Positions 13,372 to 23,570 of a stretch of DNA of 64,000 nucleotides are shown here, piece after piece. Location: positions 8,727,627-8,791,626 of the forward strand of contig MU058423.1 of NCBI GenBank assembly GCA_013265495.1, read 5' to 3'. A program made the translations under genes and the position numbers. Positions within the stretch are counted from its first letter, which is position 1. The number at the start of each line of letters is the position of its first letter. Under the pieces are notes generated by a model that searched no databases, had not been told where the DNA came from, and saw only the letters and a program-made list of their open reading frames with translations. The DNA is from Vicugna vicugna. Lineage: Eukaryota.

Positions 13372-13841
13372 TATAGCCAAATGCAAGTTCGTGAGCCCGA
13401 TGCACCGTGAGGCCCAACAAAACGACATGCAGAGTTTGGAGCAGAGAAAGGTTCGTTGCAGGGCCGAGGACAGGGCGGTTCATGCCCAAAAAACCCCTGA
13501 ACTGCCCAAAGGGTTTCAGCAAAGCATATTTAAAGGTCAGGCGAGGGAGGAGGGTCACAAGGTATGTGATTAGCTCGTGCACAATTCTCTGAGTGGTTGA
13601 TGTTAAAGTAACAGGGTGGTCAACACTATCAACCCGTAGGCGCCATTAGGCCTGGGGGCTACGTGCTCTCAGTCATCAAATAGTTAATTTCTTCCCTTTG
13701 GTGGTGGTTTTTAGCATCTTAAAAACTCAGGAAATGTGCATTAGATACAGTTATTTGGGTACTTCAGAGAGGAGCTACAGCAGAGGGTCTGGGGGAAGGG
13801 TCTGTCCCCGGGAAGGCCCTGCGGGGTCCTGCTCTGTCACT
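13372..13841 (-). mobile_element. ERV1-class solo LTR (artiodactyl type) inserted in an L2 fragment
   Basis: 'caagttcgtgagcccgatgcaccgtgaggcccaacaaaacg...gagtttggagcagagaaagg' matches the reverse strand of the U5/polyA region of artiodactyl ERV1 LTRs as recalled; probable 4-bp TSD GTTC/GCTC; the L2 sequence continues across it. Confidence 0.75.
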
Positions 13842-14100
13842 GCTCCTGCTCCTAAGGTGGACCTGGCACACAGTAATCGTTCAATAAATCTTTGTTTAGA
13901 AACTGAGTGAACACAATCCCACCTATTTAGATCAACTTTATTATAAAATATGTTGCAGTTTTGTGTTTATTATGGGACTCTCACTTAGGCAGTGGAAACT
14001 TCTGTATCCTTTGAACGCTTTGTAATCTCTGCAAAAGGCAAATTCCTTCTCTGAGGTCGTAAAAGAATCCCTACCATTTTGCAGACAGTAAGAGCTGCAG

Positions 14101-14430
14101 CTGCGGAAGGGGCCTGGGTCCCCTCCCACGGAGACCGCAGTGTCAGCCCCGGTTCATCACTGGGCCATCACTGGGCGCGGTTGGACGGAAAGGGTTGCTC
14201 TGACAGTCACAGCGGGCAGCCATCCGCGAACTGCCGGCATCCCGGGGGAGCGCTCCTCTACAGAGAACCCTCGTATGTCAGTAGCAGGGCTCCACTCCAG
14301 TCCTGGGGCTGCCCGACCCCAGGGCTCGCGGCCCCCAGGAAGGGAGTCCTGACGGGAGGGATCAGCGGCATTATTTCCTGATGCAGAGGATGACACGGTC
14401 CCTTCCTCTGAAACCCGGAAAATCACGTTC
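14101..14430. promoter_or_regulatory. Small CpG-rich unique patch, candidate enhancer/promoter
   Basis: About 22 CpGs in ~330 bp against a CpG-depleted background; no repeat recognised. Confidence 0.4.
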
Positions 14431-14807
14431 ATTATTGTCACAGTGATTCATAAGCATACTTGGAAGAAGGTCTCTCTCTCTCTCCTCGGTAAACATAGTC
14501 TCAGATCTCAAGGAGTCAAGTCCTGTTTATCAGCCTCAGTGACACTGATCAGAAGCTCTGACTTGTGGTTTCCTGAGTCGTGAGCAAGCCATTTTGCTTT
14601 CAGGGCATTTTCCTTGGGCCTCTTTGGTATGAATTGAGGCCAGGTCTTAGCTATTCCTGGGTGAAGAAATCTGCTTGGTTTCTTCTATTTGTGGATGAAT
14701 GTGGATGACTGGGTGTGTGAGAGAGATGAAGGGGGTTTCAACCCCTCTGTGAGTGTTAACCCCTGTAGCGATGGGGCAGTAGGGTGGGCAGAGAAGGTTA
14801 ACCAAAT

Positions 14808-15215
14808 TGTAATGGGCAAGAACAAATCTGACTCCGTATTAGATCTGTTCCTTTAGCTCTAACCCTGTGCTCTGTTTCCTGGGCTCAGTCGTGCTGGTTC
14901 TGCACCTTTTGTAAAAGGATGCTGCCCATAGCCTGAAATATACAGGAGAGCCCATCTGACCTACAGGGGCAGCTGCAAGGACAAAAGATTCTGACACCAA
15001 GAAGTTTGCAACAACCAACCACACCCCCTGCCCTTTTTAGTATAAAAGGAGCCTGAATTCTGACTTGGATAAGATGGTTCTCCAGGACATTATTTCCCCT
15101 ATCTTCTCAGTCTCTTGTCTTTCCAAATCAAGTCATTATTCTTTGCCACAACACCTCGTCTCCCAATTTATTGGCCTGCCATGTGGCAAGCAGAACGAGT
15201 TTGGACTCAGTAACA
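14808..15215 (+). mobile_element. ERV1-class solo LTR (MER41-like, artiodactyl type)
   Basis: TGTAA...GTAACA termini; TATAAAAG at 15041-15048; U5-like end 'tttattggcctgccatgtggcaagcagaacgagtttggactcagtaaca'. Confidence 0.8.
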
Positions 15216-15309
15216 GAACTGAATCTTGCAGGACATACAGAAGTTTTGGGGCAAATAAGTGCAGGAAGAAGATCAGGTAGTCAAGACAGAACGCCAGGGA
15301 AAGGAAAAA

Positions 15310-15570
15310 ATGTTAGCAGCAGCCAACACTTACTGATGTGTCAGGCACTGATGTGTTAAAAATGTGCTAAGCACCGTTCTACATTCTTTACCTGCCTTGA
15401 TCTTTTTAATCCTCCCAAAAACTGTATGAGATAGTCTCTAGTATTATTTCTATTCCGGCAGTTGATACACAGAGAGATCGAGTAAGTCGGCCAAACCACA
15501 CAGCTAGACAGTGACAAAGTCACAATGAGAAGCAGAGCCCATTACATTACAGGACTCCATTACAGGACAC
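15310..15570 (-). mobile_element. MIR SINE
   Basis: 'cttactgatgtgtcaggcactg', 'tttaatcctcccaaaaactgtatgagatag', 'cacacagctag'. Confidence 0.65.
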
Positions 15571-15689
15571 CATCAGAAAGATATATGCAAGGTTCAGAGA
15601 TGAGAGAACAGAACAGGGCTTTCTGGGGGGACATCTTCAGATCTGAAGGGGACAGAGTCATCATGAGGGAACATCAGAGGCAAATGAAA

Positions 15690-17240
15690 GTGAAGAGATA
15701 ATGGGCAGGATGCTAAAGAGTCTGTGTACCCTGCTGACGTTTTCACTGAATCCTGAGAGCAATTAAACCCTCAGTCTTTATCCCAAGCTCAGATCTACAT
15801 TTCATGAAAATGACTGACAGCAGAGGGGAGAGTGGATCACAGAGGGGCCAGTGAGCAGGAGACCGGTAAAGACAGCAGTCTAACCGTACAGGCGATAAAC
15901 GATGGGGGACCCGACTAAGGGAATAGGAACAGAGAGGGAGGGAGGGAGAGCCACAGGAGCTGCTCAAATGGTAGAATTTATAGAGCAAGGAGGGAAGCTG
16001 GCTGGATGTGGAGGTTGACCCAGAAGAAGAGGAAAGAAGGCTGACTTCGAGGTTCAGGAAAAGGTAGAAGCTATGACATTAACCAGAACATGGAATGTAA
16101 GAGGAGCGCCTGGTTTAGGAAGAAAACAGCTTGTTCAGTTTGGGAATATTACATTTGAGATGCCTGTTCCCGCCATCGATTGCCACATAACAAACCATCC
16201 TAAAACTCAGTAGTTTAGAGTAATAATTTGTGATTGTTGCTCATGATTCTATGAGTCAGCTGGGTTCAGCTGGGCCGTTCTTGCTCGCGGGCTCTCAGAC
16301 AGTTACTGTCAGATGTTGGCTGGGCTGCAATCTTCTGAAGGCTCAGTTGGGCTGGTTGTCCAAGGTGGCTCACTCACATGGGTGGCAACCATGGCTGGCT
16401 CTTAGGTAGGAGTTCAGCTGGGCTTTTCCACCTACACGTGCCTTCTCCACGTGGCTTCTTGCAGCAGGAGAGCTGGGTGACAAGAGATAGAGTCCAAAGA
16501 GTAAGCATTTTAAGAGGCCTAGGCAGAAGCTGCAAGGTTTCCAATGGTGTAGCCTTGGGAATCCTATCATGGTCAAGAGTGAGTCACAGGGTCATCCCAG
16601 ATTTGAGGAGTGGGGACTCCTCCGGGCCTGAAGATGGAGAAGCATATTTCATTGGAGCCCATCTTCGGAGTCTAACACAGTTCCTCTGAGACACTCAATG
16701 AAAGCAGTTTAATAAGTATTCGAGTTATGGTTCTCTAGTTCATGGAGAGACCTGGGCTGGGGATTTAGCTGAGAAGACAACCAATATGCAGGTGGTGATT
16801 GAAGCCATGGATGTAGACAAGATCTCCCAGGGAGAAGGTGCAGGGTGCAACAAAAATGAGGCTGGGGAAGACCTTGAAACACCAGTATCTGAAGAGTAAG
16901 CAATGGAACAGTGACTGCCTAAAAGAGACCGAGAATGCGGAGCTACAGAAGCAGAGAAAACCATGAGAGGATGTGCTCATGCAAATCAAACACAGCACGT
17001 AAAGGAGAGGAAAGAGCCAACAGCGCCAGTGCTGCAGGGGTACGGTCCTGTGGGGCCGCAAGACTATTTTCACCAGATTTGACAACTAGGTGGTCTTGGT
17101 AGGAGTGGTTTCAGGGAATAGGAAAAGCAAAGAAAAAAGTAAAACAGACCGAAGTGAACTAGACAGTAAATGGTAGCTGAGAGAGAAACGGCAAGAAGCT
17201 ATCACAAGACATGTAATTGAAGAAGGGTTTGTGTTTTAAG
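15690..17240 (-). mobile_element. L2, interrupted by an MLT1 LTR
   Basis: Purine-rich antisense L2; 'gttcagtttgggaatattacatttgagatgcc' continues after the LTR as '...tgagacactc...ggagagacctgggctgggg...gaagccatgg'. Confidence 0.7.
16164..16679 (-). mobile_element. MaLR solo LTR (MLT1H-like)
   Basis: 'attgccacataacaaaccatcctaaaactcagtagttta...gctcatgattctatgagtcag', 'ccaaggtggctcactcacatgg'; ends 'ctaacaca'. Confidence 0.8.
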
Positions 17241-17699
17241 ATGCTTAGGGCAAGGTTTCTGGGGTCAGACTGCCTGCCTTTGCATCGATGTGCATTTTAG
17301 CTCTCCCCCCCACCTCCCCGCTGTGTAATTTAACTTCTCTAATGCTCAGTTTTCTCTGAAAAGGTAACATTTAAGCTGACACTGGAAGAATGAGCAGGAA
17401 TCAAGCAGGCAATGGGTTGGGAGAGTAAAGTTTTTCGTTGTGAGTCGGGAACGCACTTGGCTTGTGTGAGGAATAGACTGGAGCGACTGGAGCGAGACAC
17501 CCTGGCCTGGGAGGTGGTGGGGGGGGATGCGGTCAGGGGAGCAGCATGAGATTGAGCTGAGGAAGAAAGGAGTCCGATCTTTCTAGACTTTTTATTTGGG
17601 GGGAATTTCATTCTAAAAGCACCAGAAGTCATTGGAAAACTGTAAACAGAGGAATGACATTATTTGATGCATTTTTAAAAGATCCCTCTGTTTTAAAAA

Positions 17700-18812
17700 T
17701 AAACATACACCCACCCAGCAATTCACCAAAGTATTCACCCAAAACAAATGAAAATGTGTGTTTACCGAAAGGCTCATGCTACAAATATTCATAGAAGTTA
17801 TATTCATAATAGCCAAAAACTGCAAATAGTCCTCATATCTATGAATTTAAAAAAGTATAAAAACATTGTAATATGGTTTTAAATGGTTTATTACTCAGCA
17901 ATAAAAGGAAATGAATTACTGATCCTGCAACAGCATATTACATGGTTCCATTTATTGATATTCTAGAACAGGCAAAGCTAATCTACAGTGGGAAAAAAAC
18001 TTGGAACAGCATGGATTGCCTGGGAAGGGTATAAGGGAGCTTTCTGAAGGGATGGTTAGTTATGCTTGATAAGGGTTAGGGTTACACAGCTGTCAAACCT
18101 CAGCAAATGTAAATTTAGGAATAAAATTTTATATTAAGACAAACAAGACAAAAAAACTATACAAATATTGAAGTCCACTTAATGATATGTCGGCTGAAGT
18201 GTTTAGAGGGAAGAATACTGACATCTGCAGTTTCTTTGAAATGCACCCAAATTAAGATGGATTAATGGATGAGCAGACAGATAGATGGATAGACATGTAG
18301 TTAAGTATATGTGCTATGGGCTGAATTGTGCCACCTCAAAATTCATGTGTTAAAGTCCTTACCTCCAGGACCTCAGAATGTGACCTTACTTGGAGATGGA
18401 ACCTTTAAAGAGGCAATTAAGGCACCGTAAGGTCATTTAGGTGCACCCTAATCCAATGTGAGTGGCATCCTTATAAAAAAAGAGATTAGGAAACAGACAA
18501 CACTGACTGAGGGACAACCTTGTGAGGACAGACAGAAGGTGGCCATCTGCAAGCCAAGGGAGAGACCTCAAAACAAACCAGACCCACCCACACCTTGATT
18601 TTGGACTTCTGGCCTCCAAAACCATGAGAAAATACATTTTTGTTGCCTAAGCCACCCAACTAAATAATTCGTTTGCTAGCCAGCCCTAGCAAACTAATAC
18701 ACATAAGTTAAATGTTAATGGTAATCTAGGTGGTAGATGTGACAGTTCACTAAGAAATTATTTCAATTTTGCTGCATATTTCAAATTTTTCACAGTAAAA
18801 TGTAGGGGGGGA
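17700..18812 (+). mobile_element. Old L1 (L1MC/ME-type) 3' end, inserted in L2 and itself interrupted by MLT1B
   Basis: 'acccagcaattcaccaaagtattcaccc', 'tattcataatagccaaaaactg'; ends 'tttcaaatttttcacagtaaaatgtagggggg'. Confidence 0.75.
18312..18701 (+). mobile_element. MaLR solo LTR (MLT1B-like)
   Basis: 'tgctatgggctgaattgtgccacctcaaaattcatgtgtt...cctcagaatgtgacc' through 'cagccctagcaaactaataca'. Confidence 0.88.
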
Positions 18813-19210
18813 AAGTCACTCTGATCTCTGTGCCCAGTGGATTTAGGGAACAGCTGTGAAAGTTATAAGGAGGCTATTCCAGTGGCCAAAGTCAAGAGTG
18901 ATGGCAGCTTGTACTGAAACAGGGAGAGTGGATTTGGAGAGAAACAGGCAGATTCTATATTTATGTTGGAGATAGAAAGAGCAGGACTGTCTGAGAGACT
19001 GGAAAGAATATGAATGAAAATGACAAAATCAAAGGTGACTGCTATGTATTTCTACAACTGGTGGCCAGCAGTATTTATGAAGATGGAAAATATCAGTTAC
19101 AGGAGCAAATCATAAGTTTTGTTTTGTTCCTGTTGAGTTTGAAATGCCTAGGGGTTAGCCAAGTGGCATTGTCAAGTAGTAAGTTAAATATAAAATTTGG
19201 AGCTCAGAGG
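18813..19210 (-). mobile_element. L2 fragment (continuation of the L2 at ~17370-17690)
   Basis: 'aggaggctattccagtggcc', 'gttgagtttgaaatgcctag', 'ttggagctcagagg'. Confidence 0.6.
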
Positions 19211-20139
19211 ACAAAAAATATGCCACCAGTCCAGATACATGGTAAGCATGATAAATGCCCAGTGCTATTTCCAATTATTTTAATTATTAGAGGACAGAGG
19301 TAGACCTATCAACATTGTATGTTAGTAGACTGGTGTGTTCTGCCTTAGAATGGAAATGAGATTAAAAATATGCAGTTAAATCTGAGCTGCTGCGTGAAAT
19401 GGTTAATATAAAGCATATGAACGAGGCCCTGCTTGGACAAAAAGGGTCGGGCTGAGAGAGAGCACGGTGTGTTCTGTTACCTCGTCCATCCCGCCGGCAA
19501 CGTCACTTCCTCAGACCACCTCAGAGAAATAAGAGTTTACTCTCCATTGAGTAGCTCGCTCTAATGTTTAATAACTGCTGCAGTCACTTGGTTTTCTTTT
19601 TTCACTTTGAATTTGTCTAAATAGACAGATGAGAGCTCAAACTATTGGCCCCAGAATGCAGCTCTTTAAAATCCTAACCTATAGGATGACTGTATATTTA
19701 AGTTTACCTGACGTGCCAGCGTCCCTGGATGAATTCACAACGCGGCATTCTTGAACGCAAAAAAGTGTAATTCATTTTAGACATCTTTGTTAGAATTTCG
19801 TATTCTTCATCAGATACAGCACCCAGAGAGGGGCCCCTAGATTAACCGTGTAGGCTGGAAAATTGGGGGGAAATGAAAACCTGTCATCCATGCCGTTATT
19901 TCAGCAGTGAGCCTTGGGGGAGTAGGAGATGCGTCACTCAGAGCATCTCTGTCGTTGCCTGAGCTGTGTCAGTATCACCAGCTGCCTGACACCACCGTTT
20001 GGCGCTTGCTGAAACTCTCGTGTTTTCTTCCCGATCTTTGCATCCCCTCCTCCTTCGTGGAGACAAGATCAGTGTTTGTTCAAACTCAGTGGAGAATAGT
20101 AGCAGGCACAATCCTGATTTGGTTTTTCTTTCCACAGGA

Positions 20140-20370
20140 ACAGCTAGTAAGTCACTTGAGGGTGTGACAAAGTGGTAGGCTCCACGCTGTGTCATTTCAT
20201 TCAGCCTTCGTGGCAACAGTCCCATGAGGTGGCATCTACTATTGTCTGCATTTTACAGATGAGGTATCTGAGGTTCCAAGAGGCTAAGTCGTCTGCCCAA
20301 CTCATAAGTAAGGGAATTGGAGTTCAAAATGAAGGCAGATGGTTGACAGAGAAAAATCTCCTAACTGCTG
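20140..20370 (-). mobile_element. MIR SINE
   Basis: 'cattttacagatgaggtatctgaggttccaagaggctaagtcgtctgccc'. Confidence 0.75.
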
Positions 20371-21224
20371 TGTCTTCAGCACCACTGATGGGAACAACTC
20401 CGGAGCCCAGAGGGTAGGGAGGGTTGACTGATCCTCCTGGATCCTCAGCTACAGCCGCGAAGCTACCCAGCTTGTTCTGCCTGTGAGGGCGCCGCTCGAT
20501 GAGCAGCTCCTGCTCTGTACGAATTCCAAAGCTTCCCTGCCAAGCCCTCCTCCACAGGCTCCTAAGCCTGCCCAACTCCCAGCTTCTGTCTGCAGTGCTT
20601 TTGCCAGGGCACAAACCTTCAGATCTCCCCACGTAGCCCTCAAAAAGGAAAGGTGTCTTCCATTCACGCTAAGCTGGAGGTGACATGTGTTGATAGATTT
20701 AGCTATTGGAAATTGCAGAGAAAAGGAGAACGAACAGTGAACTACAGAGGGGCACGGAGGGACCAGGAAAATGTTCAGAAATAAGCATGTGGGCTCTGAC
20801 TTCAAAATTCATCTACCAAGTTGCCGATTGCCAATCAACCCATTCCAAGAAAGAATTAAAGGTGATGTAACCGGCCCGCAACTTAACTCCTTCTACTCTG
20901 GAGCCTCACACATCCTGTGTCCAGGACTCCACACAGCTCCCACCTTGCCTCTTGTCCCTCTTGCTACCTGTATGCAATTTACATAGAAAAGCTGGTTATT
21001 CGGTGGAATGAGTCCCTTTCCTGGCAAAATCAACAGCTGGTATAAATCAGCGCTCCTCCAGGGCTTTGTTCCCACTGTGCCCGGAGGGGACAGCCTTCTC
21101 CACGAGACAAGACGCGGGGCCTGGTGATCACGGCGGGCTGCTCTGTCCCCCTGGCCTCATTCAGACTTTGTCTAAGTCCCACGCAGCCATGAACTGTTTA
21201 TTCCTTAAGACACTTCAAGAAAGG

Positions 21225-21605
21225 GCTGAAATAAGTCATACAGAGAAAGGCAGGTATCACACGATATCACTTACAGGTGGAATCTAAAAACATGAGACAA
21301 ATGAACTTATTTATAAAACAGACATAGACTCACAGACACAGAAAAAAGACTTCTGATTACCAAAGGGGAAAGGGATGGAGGGATCAATTAGGAGTTTGGG
21401 ATTGGCAGATACAAACTACTATATATAAAATAGATAAACAGCAAGGTCCTCCTGTATAGCACAAAGAATTATATTCAATATCTTGACACAACCTATAATG
21501 AAAAAGAATATGTGTGTATACATATATACATATGACTGAATCACTATGCTGTACACCAGAAACTAACACAACATTGTAAATCAACTATACTTCAATTTTT
21601 AAAAA
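21225..21605 (+). mobile_element. Artiodactyl-type L1 3'UTR (5'-truncated)
   Basis: 'aaatgaacttatttataaaacagacatagactcacagac', 'caaactactatatataaaatagataaacagcaaggtcc', 'gtacaccagaaactaacacaacattgtaaatcaactatacttcaat'. Confidence 0.9.
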
Positions 21606-22234
21606 TTTTAACAGAACTTTCAAAAAGGGAGTTACTGGTAAAGAAATCTGCATGGGAGTGGTGGGGTGACCCTATAATGTAAGTCACAAAATCAAGTTAA
21701 CGCCCACGAAGTGTTTACAAAGGTTTATTCATGTCTATGTTCCACATGAGACCGGAGCTGGATTGAGGGGCAACTCCAGTCTAAAAGGGGAGCCGGAAAA
21801 CGCCCACTGCTGCCAATTCGCCAAGATGCAGTAACACGGAATAAAGGTGCATTGACCTGACCACTTTTAGAACACTGATTATGAATGGAAGGAACAGTAA
21901 GTGTCTCCCAGAAAGGAGTGAAAGAATCAGAGGGACAAGTTAAACCGCCTTATAAGGAGGTAGGAGAGGTTAGCCCCAGGGCTTTTGCTTTGCTGGATGA
22001 GATGTGCACATTTGGGTCCAGAGCTGAATTGCTCCAGACCAGGGAGAAAAGGCAGAGCATGCCTACCAAATAGCACTTCGGTTCCTCTTTCTCAGTTTGA
22101 AGCCACCAGACCTGGTGTGGTCCTGGAGGGAGAGCCGTATGTGGACACGGGCTGTCCCTGTTTTGTTCAGGACTGTTCCTCAGCATCCAGCTCAGTGGGT
22201 CGCCAGAGAACTCACCCTAGAGGCATGCCATTGC

Positions 22235-22253
22235 TTTGCTCCAGGGGGCGCTA
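22235..22253 (+). promoter_or_regulatory. CTCF motif match
   Basis: TTTGCTCCAGGGGGCGCTA versus consensus TGGCCACCAGGGGGCGCTA: 13 consecutive matches, CpG retained. Confidence 0.5.
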
Positions 22254-22469
22254 TACACAGAGTGCACAGCCATTGTGTTCAGCCCCACAGATGGTACACT
22301 GCCTTTAGGGCTGTATACAGTGGCCTCTGAGAGTTGTTGGTTGAGCTACTGAATGAAAAAATGTAGAAGAAAGAGGGATTAACTTTTCTCCAATACTCCT
22401 TTCTCCCCACATCCACTTCATTGCCTTAATTTAGTCTTGTGCTTTCTTAATGTGACTTGAGGAGGGCCA

Positions 22470-22790
22470 GCATGCTCTTTCTGCCTCCAGGCTCCCCGTG
22501 CTAATTCATTCTCCTCACTCAGTAGGAGTTGGCTCTCTATAGCAAGATCAGATCATGCCTTTCTTCCAGATCACTTTCTTTCTTAAAAGCCTCTGATGTC
22601 TCTCCATTGCCAGTGGAAAGGACAGAATTCTTAGCATGGAAAACAAGACCCTTGTAAGTGGTCCCAAGTTGAGGAGTCCAGCATCATCTCTTACTCTCCT
22701 TTTTGGCTCCGTCTTCCAAGCATTGCCTGTGGTCACGTTCGCTACATGCCTTCTCACTTGGGGCCACTGCATGTTCTAACCCTCTACCAT
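22470..22790 (+). mobile_element. L2 fragment
   Basis: 'cagatcatgcc', 'cttaaaagcctctgatgtctctccattgcc', 'ttcttagcatgg...aagaccctt'. Confidence 0.6.
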
Positions 22791-22876
22791 GGGTAACATT
22801 TTTCCCTTTTTCAATATTGGTATGGATTTTCCATGGTGAGTACATCTTCAAAAATAAATATTTTTGTCAAATTAGA

Positions 22877-23570
22877 TTTTTTTCATAAATCTTTAATTTT
22901 CGAACAGTTTTAGATTTACAGAAAAGTTGCCAAGATAGTATGGACAGTCCCCATACACTGCACATTCTGTTTCCCCCATTGTTAACATCTTAGGTGAGCA
23001 TGATACATTTGTCACAACTAATTAACCAATATTGATGCCTTATTATTAACTGAAGCCCATACTTTATTCTAATTTAGTTCTTACTCATGTCCTCTTCTGA
23101 GCCAAGATTCTAGCCCGGATATCACATTACAATTAATTATGGTTAATTATCATGTCTCCTGTGACTCTTCTTGGTTATGACAGTTTCATAAACTTTCCTT
23201 GTTTTTGATGGCCTTGACTGTTTTGAGGACCACTGGTCAGGTATTTTGTGCGATGTCCCTCTACTAAAATTTGTCGGGTTTGTGTGTGTGTGTGGTTACA
23301 CTGGGGTCATGGGTTTTAGGGAAGAGCTCAGAGTGTCACTCTCACGACATGGATCAGGGATCAATGCTAGCAACATGTCAAACTGCTGTTAACCTGCACC
23401 CTGATCACCTCGGCTTGGGTAGCGTTGACCAGGCTTCCCTTTGTAAAGTTACTCTGCACCTTTCCCACACTGTGTTCTTCGAACAGAAACCACTCACTAC
23501 ATGCAGCTCAGACTCAAGGACCTGGGACATCATGCTCCGCCCCCTTGAGGAGGGAGCATCTACCTAAATT
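22877..23570 (-). mobile_element. L1MD/MC-type 3'UTR
   Basis: 'aacagttttagatttacagaaaagttgccaagatagta', 'ttgtttttgatggccttgactgttttgaggaccactggtcaggtattttgt'. Confidence 0.85.

Noticed and set aside
20110..20155. Possible 9-nt plus-strand microexon (ttccacag|GAACAGCTA|gtaagt)
   Set aside because: The donor lies in the end of a MIR and there is no host gene evidence; similar AG..GT pairs at ~9826 and ~25630 are 8 nt and look like chance.
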